Source of the DNA: Cyanidioschyzon merolae
Lineage: Eukaryota
Assembly (NCBI GenBank): GCA_000091205.1
Contig: AP006497.2
Length of the DNA: 64,000 nt
Reading direction: 5' to 3' (one strand)
The notes below the pieces were generated by a model. That model had not been told where the DNA came from and ran no database searches. It saw nothing but the letters and a program-made list of their open reading frames with translations. The position numbers and the translations under genes were made by a program. Position 1 is the stretch's first letter. Each line of letters begins with the position of its first letter. Shown one piece after another: positions 22,210-33,758 of the stretch.

Positions 22210-22924
22210 GAATTCGAAGAGCAGGAATATGGCGAGCGATTCTGCGTCCCATTCTAAGCTGGCACGGGCCTAGAAGAAATGATATTTGAAGCTGCATCAG
22301 CATGCATTATTCGTTTGCTCGCAGCATCCGACAACTGTAGAATGACTCGATAGCCTCGAATCCACCCGGTAGGAGCACCAGCCTCCTTTCGATACGCATG
22401 CCTGTTCAAGAGCATCCCAGAGAAATGACCTCGGAAGGTACGGGACTCGACAGTGTGATATCGCAGAAGCATTGGGCTACTTCAGCATGTTCACCTACAA
22501 CGGCGCACTTGGTGCTGTGAATGTCATAGGGCGCCATGTGTACGATTGCCCCGCCCGATTCAGGGCTTGTATCTTTCCAGCAGGAAAAGTTATCCTCAAT
22601 TCGAGTGCTCCTTCCTGGAAGCGGTCGTGTAACAATGTGCTTTGAGGAATCACATGCCGCGCCTAGTCTAGACTTGAACGATGAAAGCGCCGCGACGATC
22701 TCGCTCGCTGCCTCACAGACGTCGGGCTCCGAGCGAAACCTAGTCGTTGCGGAGACCTCTTCTGCATGTCTGCAGCATAAATCGGATTTCTCTCGGGTGC
22801 ATCTTTTGAGCACTTCATGGAACGACAATCACAACGTTCCAATCGAGAGCCCTGGTTGTGTACTGCAATACCTCCGATTAGATCATCGAAGCCGGATTTC
22901 TCTGCTGTACCTCGTACGAGCATC

Positions 22925-23734
22925 TCAAGGGGCATAGATCACAACGTCTCCATCAAGAGCACTTGTCGAATGCTGCAATTCTTCCGGGTAGACGATGGAA
23001 ACGAGCGCATTCACTGTATTCCGATAATGTGCAAGCATCTCAACTGTCCCCAGTCGGTTCGCGACATGGAAAAACCCAGTAACGTGGAGTACCTGAGCCT
23101 TTGGATAGCGTTCTAAAGCTTCCGCGATACTGAAAGCCATTGTTGCGTCCCAGAGAGATTGCGCTTGGAGCATTCTCTGCATGCGCTCCTGTTGAGCTTG
23201 TGCAGAGCTCGGATCCGGTCGCATTACCTGCTGCATGATGGCCTGAAAGGCTTCGCTGTAGGCGTTACTGGGTGCAGGCCAGGGCGTCGGTGCGCACCAC
23301 GCACGTTCCTTCGGTGAGAGCGTCTCCATAACCGCTTGCTGGCCTTGTTTTGCCACTCGGCTTGTGATACTGCGAGGGGCGTTCGCGGCGAGTACAGCAA
23401 GGTTATTGGTGCGGGCGAAACGCACCAACGGCACGTACGGTTCGGGAACCACGCTCTCTATCTCGTCACGAAGCATCGCCTCGTTGAGTACATGTTGTTG
23501 GGATCGATCTAGGAACTCCAAAGAGAGCAAAAGTTGTCGATTCTGTCGTTGACTACTTAGCCACAGAGCTTCCAGAATACGAAGTTCAAGCTGCTGCGCG
23601 ACCGAGTGCTCGTGATTTTCACCAATAAACACGACTTGTTCACAAACTTCAGAGGCGAAGATGCTCAAAAGTTTTTCAAGGGATACCGACTGCCCACGGA
23701 AAAAACAACGGTGCACACCCGACGGAACCGCCAT
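22925..23734 (-). CDS. ChaN/DUF399-like (haem-binding uptake, Tiki superfamily) protein
   Basis: ATG start, 269 aa. VVFIGENHEHSVAQQLELRILEAL, LLLSLEFLDRSQQHVLN and LAANAPRSITSRV match the GExH / EMF..Q / NAPR pattern of the ChaN family. Confidence 0.75.
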   Translation of the reverse strand: MAVPSGVHRCFFRGQSVSLEKLLSIFASEVCEQVVFIGENHEHSVAQQLELRILEALWLSSQRQNRQLLLSLEFLDRSQQHVLNEAMLRDEIESVVPEPYVPLVRFARTNNLAVLAANAPRSITSRVAKQGQQAVMETLSPKERAWCAPTPWPAPSNAYSEAFQAIMQQVMRPDPSSAQAQQERMQRMLQAQSLWDATMAFSIAEALERYPKAQVLHVTGFFHVANRLGTVEMLAHYRNTVNALVSIVYPEELQHSTSALDGDVVIYAP

Positions 23735-23985
23735 GAAAGCAATATATCGTGAACCGGTCTATCGTGTGGATGCTTTCAAGTTTCAAGCGCCGCGGCTTGC
23801 CTCGTGCCGTCGTATCGGCTTTGAGGCGAGCGCTCGAGTTTTGAACCGTGTAATTGGTACTCACAGGAATTCATCGGTCATTTTCGTAACATTAGGAAGG
23901 AAACGCAACTTGCCGCGCTCGATGGGCAAGAGATAGGGAGCATGTGCCGAGAAAACGGGTACAGCAGTGCCATGCTAGAAGCGAA

Positions 23986-25305
23986 TCAGATGAAAAAGGA
24001 ACAGTAAACAGTTCGTTCTGGTCTAGATGTTTGATTTTTTCGGATCTTATGAACGATGTACAGCATCGACACTCAATGACCAAAAGTAGCACTATTGGAT
24101 TCATATGCTGTTTACCGATGCTCGGTCGCCGTTTCGGGATGGCATCTTCGGCGTTTCGTAGCTGGAATCGTAATGGAACCTAAACCATGAGCATTTATAA
24201 CGCCCGCGAGCAACGGCTCCTAAAAATACCCGATATCGTTATCCAGTGTATACGGACTGGCCTCCACGCTTCTCTGCTCTGGATGTGCAGCGTGCCCAAA
24301 TCGTGCATTCTTCGAGCCTCTTCGGTTTCTGTTCCGAGGCTACGACTGGGCGCATCAATGCTGGCCACTGGATTCTTGGGGAACTGCGGTCGACGTTCTC
24401 CCTTGACGACTTGTTTGCATGGTCATCCCGAAAGTCCACGGAGATGCTCATGTCAAACGATCGATTCGGTTCGAAAGACATATCCTGCTCTCTTTGTGGC
24501 CACCGAAGACTCCCGTTTTTTGGACAGCACCGTGATACCTCACTCTCTCACGGAGGTATGCTCCAAGAGGCTCTCCTCTGTCTCCCATTCGCATGGACAG
24601 AGGTCTTCGACTCGGACTTGAGCTGTCGCAGTGAACGCTCCCAGTGCAGCGCTCATTGCCGGTCCGCACTGAGCGATCACAGACAGATCGACGAATCTCG
24701 ACTTCCTCTACATCCTTTACTTGCCGTACGCTACGTGTTTCATCGCGGGTAGCATCGCGCTCCACAAATCTTTTTTCAAATGAAGCAGTGTGCGTTTGCG
24801 TGTGCAACGCATAGAGCAAGTGCCGAGACGATCTCCCGGAAAAAGCACGTCATCGAAGTGCGTCGCACCGGCTGCTGAAGCCGTGCATGGCATCGAAAGA
24901 GGCGTCCTGTGTCCATCAATAGGGTCTGTCTAGCGACCGAACAAAAGGTCACGGGTTATAGGACGGCGCTCGGTCGGGAAGATGCGTTGGACATACCGAA
25001 GCACCTGACCACAGTCAAGCGTTATTGCCCGAAAAGGCGCACCAGGCCGTATACAAAGATGAAGAATAGAACGGGCGAGGCGTGGATCGCTGCTGCTGAC
25101 TCTACGTTACCTTTTGTCGATAACAGCCAGACGCAGCGAGCTTCAGAAGAGAAAGCTGCCGTCAACTTCATTCAACAGCTGAAAAAGGCCAACGATCGCA
25201 GAAGAGACCTGAATACGTAAAGCCGGAGAAAACAGACTGAGAAAGGAGCAGAACGGCAGACGAATCCATCAAAGGCTGGTGCTTATGATACTGAGAAGAG
25301 ACCCA
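23986..25305 (-). repeat. Dispersed element family, copy B2 (inverted relative to A). The near-identical core shared with B1 is 23986-25261.
   Basis: See B1. 25262-25305 (GGCTGGTGCTTATGATACTGAGAAGAGACCCA) is the reverse complement of the A left terminus (TGGTTCTCTTCCCAGTATCATCAGCAACAGCC) with a few substitutions. This defines a shared element end. Confidence 0.85.
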
Positions 25306-25714
25306 GACGCTACAGTGTCCGCACGAGTTCGTAGACCCGTCCCTTTTTCCTGGCAGTGGTGTAGTACAGTACACGGACTCTGGATTTCACTCGTTCAAAC
25401 TAAGAGCTCGATACCCCCGGATTCTCGACCGCTCATGCTCCTGGATACGTCGGTAATGCTCCAGACTGATCTACGCTGTTTCACTTCAAGAGCCGCAGCA
25501 ACGAGAACAAGCTCAATAGCGATAAACAGTTGTCGCTCGACGACCTGACGCCCGCCGGTGACGCCCACCGTAGCGACGCGTGCCCACCGGCGACGGAGCC
25601 CTGCAGAGCTCTATATTCTTCCTCGTTGACCTCAAGTAAGCCTTGGAGCGCACTGCAGTCCGCTTCTTTATAGATTGATAGATCGAACGATACAGGTTAG
25701 CTAGAGCTAACGAT

Positions 25715-28700
25715 ATGGAGGTTGAACAGGCGGCAACAATGCCCCAAGTTGCCAATGGAGGGGATTTTCCTCGAGGTAGAGACGATGATCTGCCGGTTAC
25801 CGCAGCTGCCGCCGTCACCTCTGACAGGCGGACTCGACAAACCGGAACGAAACGGAGTAAAAGAGCGAGCACCAGCGTGATCCGCAAGCCACAAAAAATC
25901 AACTTGTCACCGTTGGTGCGCTCTGAGCGGGCAAAGGTTCCCGCGTGGCTACAGGTCGGCGACCTCCAGCCAGGGACACTGCTGCTGGGTTGCGTCGTCA
26001 CCGTTAGGCCCGAAAGAGCAGTTATTCTCTTGCCTTACGGCATCTGGGGCACTTGTCCACTTGCCGGCACAGAGGCGCTGGAACGGAGCGCCTCGGGAGC
26101 TCCGACTGCAAGCGTGGCGGTTGCTGCCACCTTGAAGCTCCAACCGCAAACAATCGTGCGAGCCTGCGTTCTCAGCCGGCCACTTGCGTCCCACGAACTA
26201 GAGCCGGAGCGCAGAGCAACACATCAGAGTGGTAAACGCGAACGAAGCATCCATCTGAGCGTGGATCCGCGTCACGTGAACCGCGGGTTAGGTCTGTCGG
26301 AGCGGCTCGCGGACTATGGTCCCATTCAGGTGCGACTGTCGCTCCCGTTAGATGACGCACAGAAGCGTTTCACTGTCGAGGCGCTGGCAGAGGACCCGTC
26401 GCAAGATCGGCGTCTTGCGTTGCAGGTCAGCGGAGCGGGTGCAACTGCTTCGAATGATACGGGAATGGTGTGTTGGGCGTCGCTCGCATCATGGAACGAG
26501 CAACGACGTACAGGCATCCTACAGAATGATCCGAAAATGGTCGCAGAAGCGTTCACACGAGGCCATTGGACGCTCGAGCAGCTGAGTCCCGGAATGCTTG
26601 TGGAGGCACAGGTTCTATCACGTGACGAGCGCTTCGCCATCGTGCGCTTCCTCCAAGTCTTTGAAGGCATCCTTGAATGGTTCCATTTGGATCAGTGGGA
26701 AGACTTTGCTCGACTCGAGCCGGACGCCATTCTTCGTGTCCGCCTGATTTACATCGATTGTAGGCGTCGTCGGATCATGGTGACCGCCCGTACTAGTCTC
26801 GTGAACACGCTGACTCTGCCGCTATTGGTGTCTGCTGCCCGCAGGTATCACCGCGGCTCTTTCGTTGAAAGTCTTCGTGTGTTCAAAATAGAAAACGGAC
26901 GCGGAATCTGGCTCCGCAAGGACAAGGAGGCGATTTACTTTTTCGCGGATCGCAAGATGCTCAGCGATGAGCGATTTTCTCGAATGGAAAGGCTGTTTCC
27001 GCTGGGCACAGTCGTACCCCGCGCCCGAGTCGTGAGTCACATGGCGATGGAAGGCATCGTGCGCGTGAGTCTGAAGCCGTCTCTTCTTGAACGAAAGTTT
27101 ATGGACGTTTCAGAGTTGGAGCCTGGTGCCTTGGTGCGCTGTCGGGTCCTCGGATGGATATCCGTGACCCCGGCGACAGCGACTCCTTCACTGCGCGTCT
27201 CCATTGAGGACTGCCTCTCCGGTGAAATTCCTCTGGAGCTGCTCACCGATGTACCGGTCCAGTGGCGGCGACTAGAGAAGAAGTTTCCACCGGGCTCGCA
27301 ACTGCGATGCCGGGTCTGGCTCGTCTACCCCAAGCGCAAACAAGTGCTTTTGACAGCTCGCCGATCGCTCGTGGACTCGGACCTGCCGATTCTCGCTGGC
27401 TGGGATACCATGCAGCAGGGCCAAGTATACGCTGGTATCCTGGGGCCGCGCGATCCTTCAGGCGCATACCGTGTGCTTTTCTATCAACGCTTCACAGGTA
27501 TTCTGCCAGCAAATCTAGGAACGGAAATGGCCTCGTTCAAGTCCGGCCAAGTTATTCGCGTCCGAGTGGAACGAATCCATTCAAGGAGGGCGAAGCAACT
27601 GCTGGTGAGTCTAGATAATAGTGCAGTCACTGCGACGCCGATGGCGGCAGCAGCAGCAGCAGCAGCATCAGAGCAGCAGAGCGATCAAGGCAGGTTACGT
27701 CCAGGCACCCTTGTGCGTATTCAGAGCGCCTTTCGCGACCAGGTAGGGCGCATCCTGGCTCTCGTGTACATCGACGAGCCCCGCGCGAAAGACGCTGGTG
27801 CGCAGTCTGCGAAGAGAACTTGGCTTGTGCTGCTTCCTCGCCAGCATCTCACCGATTATCCGATGTTCCAGAAATCTTGGGCCGCTGATGCCGGTCTAGC
27901 CGCACTCTGTGACGAAGTTGCGCTAGTGATCGATGCTGGTCACACTGGAGACAGCTCTCTGCCGCTCATCTCGCATCGCTGGTCGCTCTGTCGAGCAGCA
28001 GCTTGTGGACTGCTGGATGACGGGGCGGTGGAGCGATCTGCACCTGGTTCCATCGGAGTCGGGTATGTGGAGCGGATAGGTGCCGCTCAGGCCTACGCTG
28101 TAGTGCGTCTGGGGCTATCGTCGCGACGGGTTCACGTCCAGCGAGCCCTGCTTGCCGATCGCTTCGTGGATCAATCCACGAGCGTGCTTCTCGAAGGCCA
28201 GCTTGTTCTCTACTCCGTTCGAAATGGATCTCGGTATAGTTTGCGCTACAGCGACGTCCAGCCTGCGCTCGAAACAGAGCCGTATCGCGAATTCTTCCAA
28301 GAGATGCGCTCTCTGGTGCCGCTCGTTCGAGAACTAGCGCGACTGTGGCGAGCACATGAAGCATCCCAATCCCTGGGTCTGAGCTTGCCGCTACCCGGCA
28401 CGCTTGTTCGTGGTCGCGTGCTTTACAGTGGCGACGATAGAATGGATATGGAGGTTCAGCACGAGCAGGTCATCTATCGGGGAGTCGTTGGATCGTACCA
28501 TTTTGTGGACACACAGGCTGGCGAGCAGGCTCCAACTGCCAGCCGAGAAACATCCACAACTCGTGCCGCAGTGGGGCAACTCTGCACTGCTTTGGTGCTC
28601 TGGATGGATCCACTTGCCAAAACAATGGTATTATCACGCAAAGCGAGCCTGTTGAAAACAGCACCGTTGCCATGGAGCGACGCTCAATGCCTAACTGCGA

Positions 28701-31700
28701 CCGATAGCACTGTATCGTCGTCACTAGGCGGATGTACTCGAGTTCAAAAGGCGCAGGTCTTGGCTGTCTATGGCCAAGTTGCTGTACTTTTGGCCCAAGC
28801 TCGCCTCGCGTTCATGAGTACCCTCGATATCAATGGACGCGGAACAGAGCGGCCTGTCCATGTCGGACAGCAACTCACGGTAACTGCTAGAACGGCGAAC
28901 GCAACAGCACGACCGCCTCCTGCACCTGCTGCTTCGACTCCTGCTGCTGACGACGAGAATAACGGAGCCAAGAACGGTGACGACGCTGCAGAGTGGCCTG
29001 CCTGGATGCGCGCCATGTTGCGTGCCAGTGTGCGACCTGCTGCTCCTAGTACAGAGACTGCCGCTCAGAGCGCGGGCGTTCAGACGAAACGGCAAGTGCC
29101 ACAACCGCTATCCAGACCGCCTGTACGTATCGGTGACGTCGTTACGGACGCCGAGGTGACGGCTGTGCACTCGTTTCAGGTACATGTGCGCTGGTCCGAT
29201 GGCCAAACAGGTCGCGTGCACATTATCAACGTAGAGAACGAGGGCGCCTTTCGGGAGCTTCAGGTCGGCCAGTTGCTGCCGCCTGCTCGCATTGTCGCTC
29301 AGCGGCGGCCGCGGCAGTGGGAACTCTCGCTGCGTCAACGCGACCTCGAAGCCACCGATGTATTGTCGTTGGACTCGCTGCCTCAAACTGGCGACCTTGT
29401 CGAGCGAGCAGTGGTGAAGACCACCGACCTCAATGCACAGGGTGACGTTTTGGCTGTATGGCTCTACGTTCGACCGGGGCTCGTTGCCCGCCTCTCACGC
29501 CTGGAGGCTACACCGCGAGTGCTCGATGAAAGCTGGGTACCCGGACGCTTTGTGCAGGGTCTACGCGTTCTCCGCGCGGATGCTGATCGCAAACGATATG
29601 ACTTGACCACAACGGACCCGCTGCTTGCTGGCCAGTGCATCACTGGGGCACGAGTACGGTCGGTGCATCCAGTGGATGGTATCGTGCGGGTGCAGCTTCC
29701 GCGAGGGCAAATGGGGGTCCTTTTTATCGGCTGTCTGCCCTATGAAGACCCCAAGGATCCATTCCGAACGCTGCAAGGTATTCAAAAACTGGATGTTTAC
29801 CTCGTTGAAGATTGGATTCCTTCCAAGCAAGTGCCGGTTACCGCGATACCGGAGCGTCAACCGCTCCGCTGGGCGCAACTCCACCGCGGTGATGTCGTCG
29901 GTGCTTTTGTGCGGCACGTTGACCAGGCGGGGGTCTTTCTGAACCTTGCTCCAGGGCTAGTTGCCAGGTGCCTATTGCGCGATCTCGCAGAGGGCTTTGT
30001 GCCCGACCCTGTCCAGGTGTATCCAGTCGGTATGCACGTGCAAGCGATGATCACCGACTGCGGCGGCAGTGACGCACGCCACGTACGCGTCTCGTTGCGA
30101 GCAGCGCAACAACAACAACAGCAGCAGCAGCAACGGGCCGTTGCAGCGGAGCAGGCACCAACGTCAGCGGTTCACATCGGGGGCGTGTATTTGGGGCGCG
30201 TTCGTCGCGTCGTTCCGTTTGGTATCTTTGTGGAGCTGCTGACAGATCGTACAGACGAGGGCGATGCACAAGTGCTCGCTACGGCGCTCTGTCATCGAAG
30301 TGAGCTGGTAGAGCAGGGACCATGGCCTCTGCCCGAGGAGCTTCCACAAAGGTTTCGGGTCGGTCAGCACCTGCCGGTGTTGGTGGTAGCGAGAGACGCT
30401 GCTGGTCGCTTGTCACTATCAGCGAAGGCCTCTTTGATAAAGGAGGCGTTGGCTACGCAATGCGCCTCTGCGAAGTCCATCGATGAGGTGGACTTGGGTG
30501 CTGGTTTCACTCCAGCGCTCAAGGACGTCATCGTGTCCGCCACAGAGGACGAGAATGTCGCGCACGAACCGATCTCTAGAAGCGGTAACTGCGACTCGCC
30601 AGCATCTGCGGCTACCAAATACGCAGCTTCATCTTTGATGGGGAGCGAACGATCTCCTCAGCAGAGGGATGCGATGGCGTGTCTGGGATCGAACACAACA
30701 GCACTCGATCATCTCGAGGAGAATACGGAGACGGAGGAGATGGAGCACACTGCGCACCAACCGAATGGCGTCTATGCAGCTGTGAACGGTGCATCGGCGG
30801 GTACGCTTCCGTTCCTCGCGATACCAAGCGAGACAGAACTGGTACGCGAGGACGCGGACACACATGCATCCAAAGATTGGTCACGGTCTGTCGATGAAGC
30901 ATCTGGGGCTGCAAGAGCACCTCTCGACGATGAAGCGCTAGAACGTGGCGAACGTGCGCTCGTAGAATCGTTGCACAAGCCACAGACCGCAGCAGACTTT
31001 GAGCGCGCGCTACTGGGGCGCCCCAACGATCCCCAGCTCTGGATCGGCTACATGGCCTTGCATCTCGCTACCGGGAACGAGCTTGAGGCAAGAGGCATCG
31101 CAGAGAGAGCTCTGCAAACAATTCACTACCGCGAGTACCAGGCTCGCATGCGTGTGTGGATTGCGTACCTGAACCTGGAGCGTTCCGCAAACGCTGCCGC
31201 GGATCCACTCGAGAGCGACATCTTTCGCCGAGCGCTTCAGAACTGTGATAGCTTGCAGCTGCACCTGCGCTTGGCGCGTTCCCTAGAGGCAGCTCAGGAA
31301 GTCAAACTCGCTGGCCGAGTCTACGAACATGCATGCCGACGACACGGTCACCAGACGGCGTCTGTTTGGATAGCGTATGGCGCATTCTGTTTCCTTCGAA
31401 GCTCACAAGAGGTCCTGGGGCGCACGCTTCTAGAACGAGCGCTACGAGCACTGATGGACCCCGCTCAGCACGTTCAGTGCATCCTCAAGTTCGCTACGTT
31501 TGAGTTCAAGGGTTCCGGTGAACCTGAACGCGGGCGAACGCTATTGGAGAACCTGATTCAGGCGTTCCCCAAACGATTAGACTTTTGGAACGTGTACTTG
31601 GATATGGAGCTGATGCTTTTACGCCAAGAACGCGGCAAACTCGAACTCGTTCGCAGATTGTTTCGTCGATGCACAGCGCTTCCCAATCTTAGTCTGAAAC

Positions 31701-31831
31701 AGGCCAAACACTTCTTCAAGCGATACTTGGAAGTGGAACGAGCATTTGGCGACGCGTCTTCCGTCGAGCACGTGAAGCAGGCCGCGCGCGCCTACGTTGC
31801 CCAGCGCACGGGCGAGGCGCCGCAGCGCTAA
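25715..31831 (+). CDS. RRP5: rRNA biogenesis protein RRP5 (multiple S1 RNA-binding domains plus C-terminal HAT/TPR repeats)
   Basis: ATG start, 2038-aa uninterrupted ORF. S1-like modules of the form G.L..G.V recur along it. The C-terminal HAT repeats include WIGYMALHL, VWIAYLNLE, VWIAYGAFCF and FWNVYLDMEL. There are internal poly-Ala and poly-Gln runs. Confidence 0.92.
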   Translation: MEVEQAATMPQVANGGDFPRGRDDDLPVTAAAAVTSDRRTRQTGTKRSKRASTSVIRKPQKINLSPLVRSERAKVPAWLQVGDLQPGTLLLGCVVTVRPERAVILLPYGIWGTCPLAGTEALERSASGAPTASVAVAATLKLQPQTIVRACVLSRPLASHELEPERRATHQSGKRERSIHLSVDPRHVNRGLGLSERLADYGPIQVRLSLPLDDAQKRFTVEALAEDPSQDRRLALQVSGAGATASNDTGMVCWASLASWNEQRRTGILQNDPKMVAEAFTRGHWTLEQLSPGMLVEAQVLSRDERFAIVRFLQVFEGILEWFHLDQWEDFARLEPDAILRVRLIYIDCRRRRIMVTARTSLVNTLTLPLLVSAARRYHRGSFVESLRVFKIENGRGIWLRKDKEAIYFFADRKMLSDERFSRMERLFPLGTVVPRARVVSHMAMEGIVRVSLKPSLLERKFMDVSELEPGALVRCRVLGWISVTPATATPSLRVSIEDCLSGEIPLELLTDVPVQWRRLEKKFPPGSQLRCRVWLVYPKRKQVLLTARRSLVDSDLPILAGWDTMQQGQVYAGILGPRDPSGAYRVLFYQRFTGILPANLGTEMASFKSGQVIRVRVERIHSRRAKQLLVSLDNSAVTATPMAAAAAAAASEQQSDQGRLRPGTLVRIQSAFRDQVGRILALVYIDEPRAKDAGAQSAKRTWLVLLPRQHLTDYPMFQKSWAADAGLAALCDEVALVIDAGHTGDSSLPLISHRWSLCRAAACGLLDDGAVERSAPGSIGVGYVERIGAAQAYAVVRLGLSSRRVHVQRALLADRFVDQSTSVLLEGQLVLYSVRNGSRYSLRYSDVQPALETEPYREFFQEMRSLVPLVRELARLWRAHEASQSLGLSLPLPGTLVRGRVLYSGDDRMDMEVQHEQVIYRGVVGSYHFVDTQAGEQAPTASRETSTTRAAVGQLCTALVLWMDPLAKTMVLSRKASLLKTAPLPWSDAQCLTATDSTVSSSLGGCTRVQKAQVLAVYGQVAVLLAQARLAFMSTLDINGRGTERPVHVGQQLTVTARTANATARPPPAPAASTPAADDENNGAKNGDDAAEWPAWMRAMLRASVRPAAPSTETAAQSAGVQTKRQVPQPLSRPPVRIGDVVTDAEVTAVHSFQVHVRWSDGQTGRVHIINVENEGAFRELQVGQLLPPARIVAQRRPRQWELSLRQRDLEATDVLSLDSLPQTGDLVERAVVKTTDLNAQGDVLAVWLYVRPGLVARLSRLEATPRVLDESWVPGRFVQGLRVLRADADRKRYDLTTTDPLLAGQCITGARVRSVHPVDGIVRVQLPRGQMGVLFIGCLPYEDPKDPFRTLQGIQKLDVYLVEDWIPSKQVPVTAIPERQPLRWAQLHRGDVVGAFVRHVDQAGVFLNLAPGLVARCLLRDLAEGFVPDPVQVYPVGMHVQAMITDCGGSDARHVRVSLRAAQQQQQQQQQRAVAAEQAPTSAVHIGGVYLGRVRRVVPFGIFVELLTDRTDEGDAQVLATALCHRSELVEQGPWPLPEELPQRFRVGQHLPVLVVARDAAGRLSLSAKASLIKEALATQCASAKSIDEVDLGAGFTPALKDVIVSATEDENVAHEPISRSGNCDSPASAATKYAASSLMGSERSPQQRDAMACLGSNTTALDHLEENTETEEMEHTAHQPNGVYAAVNGASAGTLPFLAIPSETELVREDADTHASKDWSRSVDEASGAARAPLDDEALERGERALVESLHKPQTAADFERALLGRPNDPQLWIGYMALHLATGNELEARGIAERALQTIHYREYQARMRVWIAYLNLERSANAAADPLESDIFRRALQNCDSLQLHLRLARSLEAAQEVKLAGRVYEHACRRHGHQTASVWIAYGAFCFLRSSQEVLGRTLLERALRALMDPAQHVQCILKFATFEFKGSGEPERGRTLLENLIQAFPKRLDFWNVYLDMELMLLRQERGKLELVRRLFRRCTALPNLSLKQAKHFFKRYLEVERAFGDASSVEHVKQAARAYVAQRTGEAPQR

Positions 31832-32045
31832 GCCACTCCGACGCGATGCACTTGCGAAAGACGCGCCCTTCTCTCGTTTCCATAAAGCATACTCACGAGG
31901 CATACAAGCCCAGCATCAAGGTTTGAGGAGCCTACAGCGAATTCATCGTGCTTTTCTCGCTCAAATACATCAAGCGTACTTGTTCTCGTTTTCATAGAGC
32001 GAACCCATGGAACACGCACGCTCACGAACAAGGTTCAACGGTCGT

Positions 32046-32243
32046 TCAGCGAAGTCGTCGTGCTTCGCGTTCGCTTTCGAGGAGCGTGAGGATGTCGCCC
32101 TCGCGCACTGGACCCTTCACGTTGCGGATGATCGAACGATTCTGATCATCCAGAAACTCCACCCGAACTTGAATGACACCACCCCGGGACCCAGTTCGCC
32201 CAAGAATCTGTTTCACTCTTGCAAGTTTTACCGGTTGATCCAT
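32046..32243 (-). CDS. RPS28: 40S ribosomal protein S28 (eS28)
   Basis: [65 protein letters not shown] is near-identical in pattern to eS28. The true start is the internal ATG at 32243, not the ORF-track start at 32372. Confidence 0.93.
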   Translation of the reverse strand: MDQPVKLARVKQILGRTGSRGGVIQVRVEFLDDQNRSIIRNVKGPVREGDILTLLESEREARRLR

Positions 32244-33268
32244 CGCAAACACAAGCGAACTTGGATGCAAACGCAGGCACACAGCGCTCAACAAGAAACA
32301 ATGCGAAACAGCGCGTCCTGAATGCGACAGATGCGCACGCAGCGTCGTCGCTGCGGCGCGCCGCGATGTCACGCGCCTAGCCCGATGTGACGTTCGCGGT
32401 GCGATGCGCCAAGCACCAGCGCACGCCGACGGGCGGCGGCGTAACCGCGGGATGCTTCACCTGCAGTATCCCTGGATGTGCGAATTCGGCGTGGAACTCG
32501 GGGAAAGGAACCTCAAGTACCGCAGAGCACTGAAGACGCTGCGTCAAAATTCTGACGAGTAACGCATTGAGGACGAATCGGTCGCGTGATTTCCACAGTG
32601 CCGAGCGCATTCGTGTCGTTCAATGGGGTGAACTTGGGGCATTCTTCCACATGGGTCCAGATGTTTATAGGGTGCAAGTAGTTAGCAAATAGGCCGTTGT
32701 TCATGTACAGGCACTTTCGCAAAACGCCAGATTCAGAGGACGCTTGCGTATGGCCTTAGTAGCGAGACCCTGCGATGATGCTGGTGGCGAGTCGGGCGCT
32801 GGTGCTTACTGCAGCACCAGATGCACAGCCCAGAAGTGTGTCGCGAGAAGGAACGGTCACGCGGTAACTGCCTCTGCTTTTTGGTTTCACACCTGCACTG
32901 TCCACGTTTCTTTCTCTCTGTCCAACACTTGATGATCGCCATCATGGTTCAGAGCCCGTCGCATGGAAACTTCAGCGGGATGCAATTCCATGACAACGGA
33001 TGCGCTGGATTCGTGCTGAAGCCCACGCACGCTCAGCGATGTTGTTCTGTCTGGGAGGAAACGAGACGACGCTGGAACATCCACCATCGAAAAACTTGCC
33101 TACAGTCTGCTCCGCGTCAACAGAGTCGCTGGATGGACTGATCTGTGGCTCGTGCGCAGCGTCCTCACATCCGCTAAAAACAAGTGATGATCGCTCGTCT
33201 GGTTTTGGGCGGCAACTGCACCTTTAGTGGACTACTGTGCGACGTATCCATCAAACTGCATGAAGCGA

Positions 33269-33562
33269 GAAGCCGACGCCCTCTGTGTGTGCTACGGCAA
33301 CGCCGTACTGTCTCCGTGCAGCGACCGCACCGGCGCTATAGACGACATTGCGGTCGCTTTTGGCAGGCACTAGGCACACACGATAGGACGTATGAAACGA
33401 CCAGAATATCCGAGAAGAAGTATAGGTCATGTAACTTGGAGGTAGCGGGTTTGATGGATACTTCACCGCGCACTGAAAAAACACAAAGAAACAGAAAGAA
33501 AAGAAAAAAGCGCATAATCGGAGAACGCTGGTCTATGGAAACGTTTTGTCAATGAAGAAAAG
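33269..33562 (+). mobile_element. 5'-truncated copy of the retrotransposon 3' module (E2), flanked by an 18-bp target-site duplication
   Basis: It aligns to 4621-4898 of the RT-bearing element and ends ...GTCAATGAAGAAAAG. The sequence TCAAACTGCATGAAGCGA occurs perfectly at 33251-33268 and again at 33563-33580, immediately flanking the insert. Confidence 0.88.
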
Positions 33563-33758
33563 TCAAACTGCATGAAGCGAAAAGGCGCCGCCGCCGCCGC
33601 TGCCGCCTGCTGCGCAACGAAACATCGCGCGACGTCCAAGTCCGATACAAGCTCTGCTGCTACACATCACGCCTGTAAACGTACTCGCCGCGAGTCGCGT
33701 CGTTCTTCTGTACTTTGTGAGAGCGCTTGGGAGCATGCCTGGTTGAGCACGAGTGCTC

